In this document: one piece after another, positions 1-12,573 of the stretch
How positions within the stretch are numbered: the stretch's first letter is position 1
Layout: every line of letters starts with the position of its first letter
Source of the DNA: Euglena gracilis
Taxonomy: Eukaryota
Length of the DNA stretch: 64,000 nucleotides
Assembly: GCA_039621445.1 (NCBI GenBank)
Contig: CP154954.1
Coordinates: forward strand, 18,276,642-18,340,641
Reading direction: 5' to 3'
The notes under the pieces: generated by a model
Told to the model about the DNA's origin: nothing
Database searches by the model: none
Seen by the model: only the letters and a program-made list of their open reading frames with translations
Translations under genes and position numbers: made by a program

Positions 1-367
1 CAGAGTCCCGGGGAGACGTGAATTATGGGTGGGCAAGCCCCCCCCCCCCCAACAGACAGACGAATATCAGTCGCACAGGGACCAATATGTCTGTTTGCTT
101 TTGCTTTATCTGTTCCAGCGTTCATTGTTTCCCGAACCAAATTCAAAAAACCTCCGCCACGCGCCACAGGGTCTCAGAAAGCAAGCCAATGGGTGGACCT
201 GCCCCCCTCCAAAGCACCACTGGGTGCTGGCAGTTGTCACGCAGGAAAGGGGGGTTTAAATACCGGGGGTTTCGTACGTTTTTGGTGAATTTCTCACTTT
301 GGGGAGGGCAGTCTCGGGGTTTGCACAGCTCGGCGACATGCCTCGGAGGGTTTAAAAAAACACCAAA

Positions 368-421
368 CTTGCATCGTTCCCCCAGGTGCCTCCACTGCAC
401 AATCATGAAAATCAACCAGTG
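368..421 (-). CDS. Possible further gene B exon (WLIFMIVQWRHLGERCK); other candidates near 200-240 and 645-668
   Basis: Coding-like translation only. Junctions not resolved. Confidence 0.25.
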
Positions 422-1657
422 GAGGGACGACGTGTCAAAAGCAATTCAAAAACCCGACCCTCCAAGTTAAAAACAATATGCCGGTGTGCCCACATGCACA
501 CAGCGACACAAAGAAACGTAAATGCGAGATTGGCCGCCTAATTTAATCAAGAATAAATAATAAAAGTGATTGTTGGAAATGTTTCTGCGCTTGGGGAAAT
601 GGATGGGTTTTAATCACTGTTACCGCGTGATCAATTGGCACCCTGGGTCACTGTGTGATGGGTCGTCTGGTAACACAACCCATTAAAGACCCATAATTCC
701 ATCAACAATTAGAACTAAGGGTATGGCCGTCACCTGGGGTTGTTCCGGAACATTACCCCCCCCCCCCAAATAAGCCCCCCCAAAAATAAGCCCCCCCCCC
801 CCCCCCGGGGCCGATCGAGCAAAAATCCAAAAATAAGACCCCCCCATAAATCAGACCCCCCTTGACGGCGCGAAGCGCCGGGGACGGTGAAATTTTTCTC
901 TGAAAAATTACCAAAAATCCAATTTCATACACGAAAATGATGAAATTTTACAAATTTTCAGATTTTTGAAGTGCAAAAAACATGGTAAATGTCAATTTAC
1001 ACCAATTTACACATGGCGCGAAGCGCCCAAGGAAAAATTTTAGTGCTCTTGGGAACCTGAAAAATGGTGCTTTTTAGGGCCCGGGTCGGTCAAGGAAAAA
1101 TCCAAAAAAAAAAGACCGCCCCCCCAAAATAAGCCCCCCCCCCCCCCCTGGAGGCTTCCAGCAACAGACCCAAAAAATAAGACCCGGGTCTTATTGGGGA
1201 GTTAGGGCCCTCACAATCACCTCCCACTCCCCGTTTTGTCGTCCGACCACTGACCCACATTCTACGTCCAAAGACCACTGGGGGGTCGCTCGCCAAGGGG
1301 GCACAATTATTCCGTCAAACCCCGCAGACAGTCAGAGGCGGGGATCGCCCAACCTCCCTACGTATGGTCAACAACAGGGGTCAGACATAGAGCGGAGACA
1401 CAAAGCCGGTTGGTGGAGGCCAAAGAAGAGCGGGTATATCCCTCCCTCTCTGGCTGGTTTTAATTGAACAAATATGGGTCGGATGTGGTTTAAATGGGTT
1501 AAAAATGGGTCAACAATTAATTTTAGTCAATGAATACGTTTTTGTTGACGTTGCAAAATGGCAGAAAAAAACCACGTCCCATTCTCAGCCCTCCTGGGAA
1601 ACCAGGGAATGGGATACGTTTACCACCCTCACCGGTGACAATCCCTGACGGACGCAC

Positions 1658-1786
1658 CTGGATGTAGGGGGGCACTCCGGTCTGCCACGGGAAGGTGGAC
1701 TCCCCCAGGTAGCCCAGCTTGCAGAAGAAGACCGGAATGACCTGCCGGAGGACGGATGGGAACCCCGGACACGTCCATTGTGTCAA
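1658..1786 (-). CDS. Gene B exon (LTQWTCPGFPSVLRQVIPVFFCKLGYLGESTFPWQTGVPPYIQ)
   Basis: GC3-rich. Ends at a possible conventional donor, CAG|GTGCGT. Confidence 0.7.
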
Positions 1787-4700
1787 CCGGCTGGACAAAA
1801 TCAGAGCTTCGAAACAATAACAACAACAACAACAACAACAATTTGGGCTGGGCCGGGGGGGGGGGGACTTGCAGGAAACCACTCACCCCAAAATTTCCTC
1901 ATGACACACCCAAAAGGCTCCCCGGCAGGCAGATAAATGCTACGCCTGTATTACCATATCTCATCATATCACCATATCTCATCCCCAAGTCCATTCAATA
2001 TCCGGAGCATACAATTGCTTACCGACCCCCCGGGGGGGGGGGAGGGGGGTCACTCCACTTTTTTTAAAAACCAGTCAGTCACTCATTTTCAAAAAACCAG
2101 CCAGTCACTACCCCCCCGGGGGGGGGGTCGGCCACTCAGAAAAACGGCCACTTTCCAGTCACTTTAGGTCATTTTAGGCCCAAAAAATTTTTCCGGCGCC
2201 TTCGGCGCCAGGGTTACTCAAGCCACTTTTGCCCACTCCTGGCCGACCCCCCCCCCCCTGGGGGGGAGGGGGTCCGGGCCAAAAACCAGTCAGTCACTCT
2301 GAAAAAAACCAGTCACCCATCCCCCCCGGGGGGGGGGGGGTCGGTCAGTGCTTAAGCAATTGCCTGATCCGGAGCAGGCTGAATTCGACCAACCCCAGGG
2401 CAAGGGGGGTCTCGGGTGCCCCGGAGTGCCTGGGCAGGCAAGAACTACCCCCCCCCCCCCACCCGCCTGGAGGGCCCACCCGGTCGCAGGTCAAAAGGAG
2501 CGAAAAATGGCTTTTCTTATCTTCCGGCGCCTTGGGCACCGAAATGCAAGGCACTTTTGGCCATGTCCCCCATGGGGGGGGGGTGTCGGATCTGGTTATC
2601 TTGGAGTGCCTGCCCGGGGGGGGGGGGTTCGGCATCAGCTTAAAATTCAGCCTAATGGATAATAAAAATCTTTATAAACGCACGCGTTTTTGTGACTTTC
2701 CTGAGTAATGTCGACAATAAACCCAAAGACGGAGTATTCTGCACCTGCAATATGTGGTAAAAGCATCACTACCGCCGTGAAAAACACCCTAAACCCACAA
2801 TCGTACTTGCTTCGCAAAAGGTTGCAAAAAGGCAAAAAAAAAAACGCGATCAATTGTGAAACAAAATATGGGATTGTCTTTATTATGCCTATGTATTTTG
2901 AATATTTGAATCTTGGAAAAACACAAAAAGGGGTTTTTAGATGTTCAAAAAATGTTCATTTGTCGTTGGGATGAACAACTGCTGACAATTTTGTGCCGTC
3001 CAATTTTTAATCCCCCCGACGATGGCAAAAAAGACAACCTTCCTATGATCACATGAATTGGAGGTGACAAGCAGGCACCCATGGTCACTTCCCATTTTGG
3101 TGCTCTGGTCGGCCCTGGTCGGCCCTGGTCGGCCCTGGTCGGCCTTGGTCGGCCCTGGCCATAGGTGGGGGTATCCTTCACAGAAAAAATGTGAAGGGAT
3201 GCAATGATTTTCTGAATTGTCTCGCCAAGATCAAAAGAAAGTGACCCATAAAACCACCATTGGCTCCCCAAAAGCAACCAAAATGACCTAAAATGGTTTG
3301 AAATAACCAAAAATTACCCAAAAACGCCAACAAAATCCACAAAAGATTGTGAAAAATGACCCAAAATTACCAAAAGGGCGCAAAATGGCCAAAATGCCAT
3401 AAAAATGCTCAGATTGACCCAAATTAGCCAATATTTGCCAAATCAGTGACAAATAGCCCCCAAATTAGCAAAAAACTGGTCCATAATGGCCAAAATGGGT
3501 GTAAAACTGGAGATTTGTGAGAAAATTATACAAAAATTGGTTTAGTTCTTCAAAATATACAAAAAAAATGCCAGCATCACCCAGCATCGCCCAACAACAC
3601 CCTGCATCGCCCAGCATCGCTCAGCATCGGAACCCTATGGTCTCCAAAAATCCAGCATCACCCAGCATCGCCCAGCATCGCCCTGCATCGCCCAGCATCA
3701 TCAGAGGTGCTTGTTCCAGAGGGAAAGCTGCCGAAATCCTTCATCCATTCCCCTTCGGTCGGCCACCCACATGCAAGTCGGCCCTGGTCGGCCCTGGTCG
3801 GCCCTGGTCGGAACCCCCACCTACGGGGGTCCTGAAAATCATAGTCGGCCCTGGTCGGCCCTGGTCAGCCCTGGTCGGCCGTGGTCGGCCGTAGGTGCCT
3901 GGTGACAAGTTGGCTGGTAAGAGGGAAACAACAATCTTGAAGGCTACAATTGCATTGCAATTGTGTAAGAGGGGTGACAATCTGTCCGGAGATAAGAATT
4001 ACCTGGGGTGAGTAAGCATCCCTATGTGTGTGGTAATGCATTGGAAAATTAAAAAAAATCACAAGCTGAACACTGAAAAAATACTTGAAACGCCTTTCCT
4101 CATAATTTCATACAAATAAGCCATACAAAATTGCACAAAAGGACAAAACCTTCAGCCCTTGATTTTCATCGAACGTAGCGTACTTCTGCAACGTCTTCGT
4201 TTTGAAGACCTGTGAACAGGCTGAATTCGCCCCGCCGTGGGGGGGGACAGAGTGCTCTGGAGTTCTTGCAGGCAGGCAGCCCCCCCCCCCAGAAAGTCGG
4301 TGCCTGCCAGGTCGTGGGCCGGGGGCGCAGGGGTGCCTTGGCCAACTGCCGAGGCACTGGCCACTGGCCATGTGCCCAACCCCCCCCCCCCCTGCTGGTT
4401 GGATCTGGGTGCCTTGGAGTGCCTGCGAGACACTCCCGGGGGCAGGGTCGGCCGCGGCTTGTATGGGAATCTTGGAGGAGGGGGGACCCCCTTTCAAAAC
4501 TGGGGGGGGGTGAGGGGACCCCCCTCCTACCTCCAGTTTTCGGTCGCCGGAACTTCTCGCCGTTGAATGCAAGGTTTCATAGCGAGCCCCAAGAGGATTT
4601 TAAAATACATACCCGGCGCGAAGCGCCGGAAGATTCACACCCGGCGCGAAGCGCCGGAAGATTCTTTTTGTCCCTGCAGAGGAGGAGGGGGGTGGGGGGA

Positions 4701-7700
4701 CCCCCCTTCCGAAACTGGGGGGGGGTGACCCCCCCTACCACCTACCTCATGTTTGCGGAGGTTCCCATACAACCCTGGGGTCGGCCTCGGCTCAAAATCC
4801 AGCCTGCCTGTGACTGGTCCACGTCGCAATTGTTGGCAAGGTCGTCGTTTCGGACCTCGAGGACCTCCCACTTCACGAAATAGAAGGACGTGCTGGACAG
4901 AAGCGAGCAGCGGTAAACGTCAATGGTGCAACAGGAGTGATACCCACCCCCTCCCCTGGCTGCGGTGAAATCCAGACACCCGAGCTTATAACTGTGTGTC
5001 CTTCAGACTGAATATGCTTGAACTACATCAACAAGCTTTTGCAATAAAAGACATTAATTTGGGATCGGGCACTCTACGTCGAAAGCAACAAAATGTGTTG
5101 CTTTGCCACTGAATTCTTTCAAATTAAAATAAACCAAATATAAATCCAAATATTCAAAACTTCAGAATTGAAATGTTTCCCATGGCAATCTTAACACATT
5201 TGGGGATTTTCAAAAACCAGTCCTCCCTGCCTCCAATGTCAATTTAGCTACCGTTGAAAATGACATTGAAAAAATGCGAAATTTAATTGAATTTTTCACT
5301 GACTGCATTATGCATCCATGAAAGTTTTCTTGTTTTCATTCTGCTTTGAATAGCTGACAGCCGCCGTGGAAAGGCCATTAAAAGTAGGGGGATAGGTGCA
5401 GGTCTTGGCGATTTGGCCTAAAACGAGGCCCGAATTAGGCCAAACTTTGGAACCTTTGAAACCAATGCACTGCCCAAATTACTAAAACCCTTCGCACTAT
5501 TGCAAAAAAAATAGAATTAAGCAAAAACTGAAAAAAAAACTTCTCCAAATTCGCATTCAGGCGCGTTAAAAGCGCACTCCTCTGTGCTGCAGAAAAAATG
5601 GAAAACTTTTGTTGTGTCAAATTCTTGCCTGAAATGATTTTTGGATACCTGCCCCGGGAAACTACCTCCAGACAAATCAGCACAAAACTGCAAATAGCTA
5701 CGAAATTTCCCAAATTACACATTAAAACAAAAGGGACCCGGGGGTGTGGGATTCTGGGCCAGAAAAAAAGGCTGCTGGCTGGCTGGACCTTTTTGGGGCT
5801 GGCTGAAAAGATGACCAGTAGTCACAAAAAGCGTCCTCCTTCAAAATAGAAAAATCGTCCTTTGGTTGGTTGAACACAGGGAGAAGGTGGGGGCTTGCTG
5901 GCGTCGTCAGATGCCAAACTTCCCAACATGACAAGTTGGAGAATTACAAGTCAAATTCTGGGATCCAACATTGCACACCGTAAACTGCTATCAAGATTCA
6001 AAAATGATTGTTCTTCTGTCTGGCAAAAAAAATGTGGCGAAAAAGCCGTAATTTTTCCAGACAAACAACCCAAATTTCGACAACCTGTTGTTTTGTCTAT
6101 ACAGCTACCAACTGCACGCCCCAAAATTCGCTGAGGTGGGTTGGCCTCCAGGCCAGCATTCAAATTAAACAATTGTCGCAAAGACAATTTCTAATTTTTT
6201 TTTTTACAATTCGGTGTGGACTTTTCACTGTGGCACACGTGCTGAAACACTCGTTGAGGACGCGGTGCTGCTCCTCGATGACGGCGGGGTCGAACACCTG
6301 CTGGCTGGTCAGCAGCACAACGCAGCCAGGGCCGTACAGGGAGTCCAGGCGATGGGGGGGGGGAAGGCAGGGCCTGTCATAAGGGCGGGCAAGGTGGGGG
6401 GTCGGAACCTCCCTCCGGTCAAGGGGGGTGGGGACCCCCCCCCCCACCTAAACAGTGGTGCGGTCTGGTGACCGATTTTCTGCCTGGCCCACAGCGCTGG
6501 GCTGAACAAAATTACCCCACAGCGGCCAAAATTGACATTTTGGGCACTTTTTTGGGCAAACTTTGGTAAAGAAAAAGCAAGAAATGTTCGGCGCAAAGTG
6601 CAAAAAAGGAAATAAGTGACTTTTGGGGGGGGGTCCCGGGTACCCCCCTCTCCCCGAGGTCGGGCCGGTATCCCCCTTGGAAGGTGGGGGGATGGTCTGG
6701 ACCCCGCTGGTCGAGGAGGGAGGGGGGCACTCTCCTTATGTCGAACCCAGGGGGGTCGAACCCCGTTCCCCCTTCCCTGCAGGTGGGGGGGGGACCCCTA
6801 CCCACCACCTCCGGGGTTTCCGGGTTCTCCTTCGGCCCTGCGCGTAGCGGACGGGCAGGATGAGGGTGTGGGGCCCGTCGGTGGGGAAGGTGGGCCACCC
6901 GTGGGAGTTGGGGACGTCCTCCTGCGGTGGAGGCGTTATGGAGAGGCAACCGTTCTTTTTTAAAAAAAAGCCGCACACTGCGAATGGGAAGACCTCTGTG
7001 GAAAAAAAATAAAGCCAAAACGTTCTTCTGCTGGCGTCATTGCTGGAAGGTGCGGCCCAAACATTTCCCCCGATGCCAAACAATCGCCCTATGTCTGTGT
7101 GATGTCAAAAGGTACATTTTTTGGAGGTTTCTTCATTTGTTCTCTCTGAAACCTCCATCCATCAGAGGACAAAAACGTTGTCCAACGATCACATCCCCTT
7201 ATGCGGGGACTGGAAAGCTATGCGAGCTGGGCATAGGCAGATTAGAGGGAAATGGGCCCGTTCTCGCATCCCCCGGTTGCCCAATCCTCCCGAAAATGCC
7301 CCTTGCAGTTGAACTCCCTCACTCATGGTGTGTGAACCATTTCTGATAAAAGGCAACACTTTAAGACACAATGAATCATTTGAACAATGGATTATTGAAT
7401 GAATGATTTCCGGCCCCGGCCTCCCTGTAACCTGCCAGGGATAAAATACATTTGAGAGCTACACCCTTTTACACACAGCTACACACCGAAAATGGGATGT
7501 ACCCACCAGCCCCTACCCCCACCCCCCTGGTGGTCCATTGGGACCCACCACCCTCCCCCTCCCCCTCCCCCCCGGGAGGGGGTCCAAGACAAAAAAACCC
7601 CCTGCTTGACAAGAAATTCCCATGGTCTTTGGTGCTGCCTAATCTGTCTCTACTGGAAGTTTGGGTGCCGAAAAAATCGTCTGTCAGAAACTGTTTTCCA

Positions 7701-10700
7701 GAGGTGGGCGTTGGTGGAGTTTGAGAAGCCTGCGCTTCTCAAACTCTTTACAGTTTACAGGTAAGGTGTTTACAGGTAAGTTTACAGGACAGTTTACAGG
7801 TAAGGTGACCTGTAAACTGTCACCTTACAGGTCGGCTGGTACCTCATCCCATTGGGGGCCCATGATTCCATCAACAATAGAATTATGGGTATGGGCGTCA
7901 CATGGGGTTTTTCTGGAACTTGGCTGGGCACTCGGGGAGGCACTGGCGTCGTGCTCCCCCCATTTGTTTCCACACGGCGCACAGCCACACACGTCTGCCA
8001 CACCACCCGCAGCCCGGCGCGGCCCACACCAGCAGGCGGAACCGGGACCGGGACTCGCGGCAGCGGGGGAGGCGGGGGAGGTCCATCCCCGCCGGCGCCG
8101 CGGCCAGGGACTTGTTTAAAGATCAGAGGAGGGGGAGGGGGGTCGCCCCCCCCCCCCCACCCAGATGGACCGGGGTACCCACTTTTTGGGGTCAATTTTG
8201 GAAGTTCCCAAACTTTTTTGGGTGAGAAAAATTTCTTCAAAAATTCTTTCCGCGCGCGAAAAATGGAGGAAAAATTCCCACCCACATGACCCCCCATGGG
8301 AGAGGGGGGGAGGTCTGGCGGATCCACCCATCCTACCCCTCCCCTTCCCCCCTGTGTGCACCGTGGCTGTTTTTTTGGGTAAATTTTATCCCTTCTGGCC
8401 TGGCGCTGTGTTCGCCTCTGGCCCTTTTTGTCTGTGTGCGTGGAGGTGGCCGGAGCCTGGAGGTGGCCCCTCCCCTTCCCCCCCTCCTGGGGGTCCAACC
8501 GTTAAAAGAATCCCTGGGCGTGGCCCCCAGGAAGAGGAGGGGGAGGAGGAGGAGGACGAGATGCGAGGGAAGCATCGAAGCACGGGGCTGCTTCACGCCA
8601 TTCGTCTGGACGCGGGGGTGCAAGGTGGCAGCGGAACCCATTTCCCGGGTGCTGAACAGACCTGTCCAGGTTGGGCGTCTGGCGTTGGGCTGGACTTGGG
8701 GTTGGCCCAGAACGAAATTGAGCCTTCGAGGGATCCGAAAGCGGCTGAATGAATCCCTCCCCCATCCCACAAATAAACCAGGGTTTGAATGGTGCTGAGC
8801 TCTTAATGAGATTTGGGATTTACACGCTATTTGCACGCCCCAAATAAACGGCCCGAAATGGGCCAAAATATGGCTGTTTCTTGGGCCGGACAGGGATTTG
8901 AAAAAAATGACCATGCAAGCATATGGAGCGCTCCTGGGGCTTTATTATAGGTCGCGGACATTCATTTTGATTCCCCACCATTTTTGAGAAATTTCGGGAA
9001 CATCGATTTTTGGACCCGAAAATGGCTGAAAACAGCAGAGTCGGAAGCCCACCGCGTTGTTTTGGGCCGAAAATTGGCCATATCTTGGGCTAGGCGGGGA
9101 GTTATATGCACCTCGACAAAGACACCTCACAGGCACATTGGACGGGAAATTGGGTAATAGTGACCTGTTGAGAGCACAACGTTTTGCACAGAAATGGTTC
9201 TCCAAACCAATTACGACAGAAAAGATTATCTGAAAAATGCAAACGCAAAAAAGCCACAAAACTCTGTGAGGGGGGGGGATCTGCCCCCCCCCTTTTTGAA
9301 AAATTGGCCAAAACACATGACAAAGTTTTCTTCCCTCCGGCAGCCTTTTTGTTGTATGTTCTGGCCATTTTCAAAAAAAAATTGCAAAAAACATATTTTT
9401 TTGGGCCTTCACAGGGGGAGGGTTTGCGAAAGAATCCCACCTGGAAAAAACCTCAAAACCACATTGTTTCATCATTTTGGCTGTGTCAGAAAAACATTCA
9501 GCATTTTATGCAGGAAATTTTGGATGACCCCTCGCCCCCTGGTAGGACCCAGCGCAGGGTATTAAATGAGCAGGGGGGGGGTTGGTCTGGATGCCCCCCG
9601 GGGGGGGGGGGGGCTCGTCGGACCTCCCGCCTGTTTTCCGTAAAAAAAAAAGTGCACACCAACCTTCTGGTGTGTGTGTGTGTATCTGTGTGTGTGTGTG
9701 TGTGTGTGTGTGCCCGGGGGGGGGGGGGAAGGGTTGTAAAAAGAAAGTTCACCCACTCCCCCACTCCAGTAGGTCCCTCCAAAAATTCTGCACCTTTTCA
9801 CCTGAATTTTTGTCCTGATCCCCCCACCGCCGGGTGCGCTGCCTGAGAACAGTTCCTGAAAGGCCATTTATGCCCTGCCTACCCCTGGCTGTAAAAGTTC
9901 TTTTAATTCCACAATTCCAAAATTTGATCCTTTACCCCCTGGGAAATGGTTGGGGGGTTGCCCCGACCCCACTTGGGGTGCAGCTCCACCATTTAGCCAC
10001 ATTCTCAGACCGACGGCCCCAAACCAGGCCCCGCTGCCGGAGCTACTGGAGGTCAACACCGCCCAGCCTTTCCTTGGCCGGTGGCGCTTCGTCAACGTCT
10101 CAAAGGCAGTGGACTGGGATCCGGAAGAGGCGGCTTAGATTACAATTAAAATTCACCAAAACTTAGGCCTGAATCCTATTTCAACTCACGCAGCATCATA
10201 ACCCCCCCCCAAAAGCAGGTGGTTTTTCGGGATATCCCCTCCAGACCCGAGAACCAGAACCTGTCATGCTTCCAAAGAAAAGTGTCATGCTAGTGGGCCA
10301 TCACGGGGAGGCACTACATGAGGCTTCCATATAATATTGATTGGGAAATGGTTCAACCAGAATTAATTATTATGAAATACCCCCAGGACTGGTGTCAAAC
10401 CCAGCAACGTATTCTTGGCTTTTGACTCAGGTAGAAAATCAAGAGAGAACTTCCCAAATATTGAAAGAACTGAGAAAAAAAGAGTTTGAGAGTGCAAACA
10501 AAGGGAGGGTTGAAGCAAAAAATTGAACAAGATGATTATGTTTTGATGCACAGCAAAATATGGCCAAATAAATCATGGCCAAAGCTTCCCCTCTTATGGC
10601 AAGACGCTTTCCGAGTTCTCAAATTGAGAACACTAGAGTGTGGGGCTGGCATCCAGGGGTTTTCTTAAGGACCGGGGGTCCCGAGGGCTGGATGGAAAAA

Positions 10701-12573
10701 GGTGCTGGCTGGAAAAAAGGTGCTGGCCGGCTGGGCCCCAGGTCCCCTCCGGCTTTAAAAAAACCCCTGCTGGCACTCTATTCCAACAGTGACTTGTTCG
10801 GTGGGGTCATCGTCGATCAAGGCACTTCAAGCCTCCTATGATGCAAAAGCAAGCAAAAAAAAGGTCGGTTCCTAATACCAGTCATACCCTGTTGCACCAC
10901 GTCACAAGAGCACCTCCAATGGCTTGCAGCACAAGACACCATCATCTGACAAGCGGTATCAAATGAGAGGGAGGGGTGGTCCTGGACCCTCCCCATTGGG
11001 GGGGGGGTCGACCCCCCCATTTCCCTTGTGGAAAACACAGGGCGAAGCGCTGAAAAACTTTTTTTGAGGGGGTTTAAAAAATTACTTCAAATCGCATTTT
11101 CAGGAGGTTTTTTTTGACAATTTGACAAAACAGGTGATGGAAACATAAACCTCCAGCATATGGCCTGACCCCTCCCCCCCTCCTCTCCCCTGTACAAAAC
11201 CAACTGAATTCCCTGAGCCCGAGGAGGTAGACTTATGGGTGAGGGAAACCGTGGGATGCGTGGCACACTGTCCAAGAGCAGCAAAAGGCTGGCAATGCAT
11301 TCATCCCCTTCGATACGATGACACAATATCAAACGGCAATCGGCGCATGTGAGGTAGTTTGGGAGGGCAGCGGAAGACAGGCTGAAAGAGACGGCGATTC
11401 TTTTGGGTGGGATGTGGAATGTTTGGAAGCCAACGTCGCGGGGGTTGACAGAGGTATGTCAGGGGTGAATGTCAGGCATGACAGGGGTAAATGCTGGCGT
11501 TGTGTTGAAGTCGTGGTGGGAAACGCCGCTTGCATTCACGTGCCTGGACCAAAGACATCATCGGTGTTTGACGCTTGAAACTTGAAAATATCTTTTCAAA
11601 GTCATTTAACCGGGGTCATTTGGGGGGGGGGGGCGGATTATGCAGGGGGGAATGAGTGGGCCCGAACTCGGAAAATGCGCAAAATTGTGCAAATTCTGAA
11701 AGAAAAAGCACAAGAATTGCGAACACGCAAAGCCAACCATTTTAAAGGAATCATATGAAAAAAATGCACAAAATCTGATCTTGAAGAAAATTGAAAATCT
11801 TAAATAAAAATGGAAAATTACAAAATTGTTCAAAAATGCCAAAAATTGGACAATCAGAAAAAATGCACAAAATATGCGAAAAACCCAAAAATGCGAGATT
11901 GGAAAAAGCAAAAATGTGCGTTTTTGGAAAACTGAAAAATGGACGAAAAAGCGCGGAAAATGTGCTGCAGCCCCTGGATTTTGACTGACAATTCCTTCTG
12001 ACTACCCCGCCTCCTTTGGTAAAAGCAAACCCAGAGTTTACCAACTCCCGAGCTTCATAAATCAGGTAACTTACACAGGGAGAGAAGAGCTGGACAAATG
12101 ATGCCAGTTGTCGGGGGACATTTGGAGAAAAAAGCATAAATCCAATGTTGGTTGTGAGATGGGAATTAACTGCTTTCCTAAGTCTTGACTCTCGGCTAAT
12201 GGCCTGCCAGATCCGCAATCAGTCAAATTGGCTGGGTGCAATGCTCTCTCCCCTTTGGACATTTGTAATTTTTTTTTCAAATGCTTTTCATTGTTCCCAC
12301 AACCACATTAAATCAATGAGTAAAATTGGCAACGGAGCAGAAAAAATGCTTGAATTGGATAACGTAAATTAATTCCATGCGAAACCGCAAATTCGATGCC
12401 TGAAAAAGACCAAACCAAGGATTGGCTAATGATGGTATCTCTTCCGTGGAAAGAAAGGCAGAAAGAAGGAAACTGGGAACAGAAAAAAGACAAATACGGA
12501 TGACGCTGAGACGTCTGGCGAAATCGAACTCAGGCGAAAGAGGCGGGCGGTCAACAAGCAGAGGGGTGGCCAT
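1658..12573 (-). CDS. Gene B (spliced, at least 10 exons, 3' end unresolved and may run off the left edge): hypothetical protein with one N-terminal hydrophobic helix
   Basis: Mostly GC3-rich exons join in frame across paired nonconventional introns. No family recognised. Confidence 0.65.
2008..2366. mobile_element. MITE (CATACAATTGCTT...AAGCAATTGCCTG family with AAAACCAGTCAGTCAC repeats), hAT-like
   Basis: TIR plus perfect 8-bp TSD ATCCGGAG. Relatives at 17320-17852 and 44604-44957. Confidence 0.85.
2375..2653. mobile_element. MITE, CAGGCTGAATT family
   Basis: Termini CAGGCTGAATT / AATTCAGCCTA. Same family as the intron-forming copy at 4217-4806. Confidence 0.7.
2707..2820 (-). CDS. Gene B exon (LLRSKYDCGFRVFFTAVVMLLPHIAGAEYSVFGFIVDI)
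   Basis: In frame. ACT-CAG after. Confidence 0.6.
3072..3901. mobile_element. MITE with GGTCGGCCCT and CAGCATCGCC decamer arrays, hAT-like
   Basis: TIR CAGGCACC / GGTGCCTG. Perfect 8-bp TSD GTGACAAG. Confidence 0.88.
4165..4211 (-). CDS. Gene B exon (QVFKTKTLQKYATFDE)
   Basis: CTG-TTCAC before. In frame. Confidence 0.7.
4217..4806. mobile_element. MITE (CAGGCTGAATT family) forming a whole intron of gene B
   Basis: TIR CAGGCTGAATT / AATCCAGCCTG. TSD CCTGTGAA / CCTGTGAC. Exons directly on both sides. Confidence 0.85.
4810..4902 (-). CDS. Gene B exon (LSSTSFYFVKWEVLEVRNDDLANNCDVDQS)
   Basis: CTG-CTCGC before, AGG-CAG after. In frame. Confidence 0.75.
6234..6363 (-). CDS. Gene B exon (PPPHRLDSLYGPGCVVLLTSQQVFDPAVIEEQHRVLNECFSTC)
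   Basis: GC3-rich. CCA-CAG after. Confidence 0.75.
6844..6919 (-). CDS. Gene B exon (DVPNSHGWPTFPTDGPHTLILPVRY)
   Basis: GC3-rich. GCG-CAGGGCC after pairs with GGCCCTG-CCTT. Confidence 0.7.
7233..7267 (-). CDS. Gene B possible exon (ARTGPFPSNLP)
   Basis: Frame-compatible with both neighbours, but the stems are weak. Confidence 0.3.
8021..8099 (-). CDS. Gene B exon (APAGMDLPRLPRCRESRSRFRLLVWA)
   Basis: In frame with the previous exon. GC3-rich. Confidence 0.65.
8520..8624 (-). CDS. Gene B exon (LHPRVQTNGVKQPRASMLPSHLVLLLLPLLFLGA), TM or signal-like
   Basis: Followed by GCC-CAGGGATTCTTTTAA, which pairs with TTAAACAAGTCCCTG-GCCGC. Confidence 0.65.
10341..10645 (+). pseudogene. Frameshifted relic of an LTR-retrotransposon (Ty3/Gypsy-like) integrase C-terminus
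   Basis: LRKKEFESANKGR followed, in another frame, by IEQDDYVLMH...PKLPLLWQDAFRVL. Resembles the GD.V...KL.P.W.GPF.V (GPY/F) region. Confidence 0.5.
10654..10769. mobile_element. Short MITE, CAGGGGTTTTCTTAAG family
   Basis: TIR plus TSD CTGGCATC / CTGGCACT (6/8). Confidence 0.75.
11643..11976. mobile_element. MITE, CAGGGGGG / AAAATGC-rich family, apparent 7-bp TSD
   Basis: Termini CAGGGG / CCCCTG. Flanks GATTATG / GATTTTG. Confidence 0.5.
12512..12573 (-). CDS. Gene B putative first coding exon (MATPLLVDRPPLSPEFDFAR); may extend to about 12652
   Basis: The following arm CAGCG pairs with CGCTG before the 8624 exon. In frame. Confidence 0.4.

Noticed and set aside
3106-3892. Regular 10-bp repeats resembling an array
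   Set aside because: Tandem subterminal repeats of a MITE with no unique spacers. Not CRISPR.
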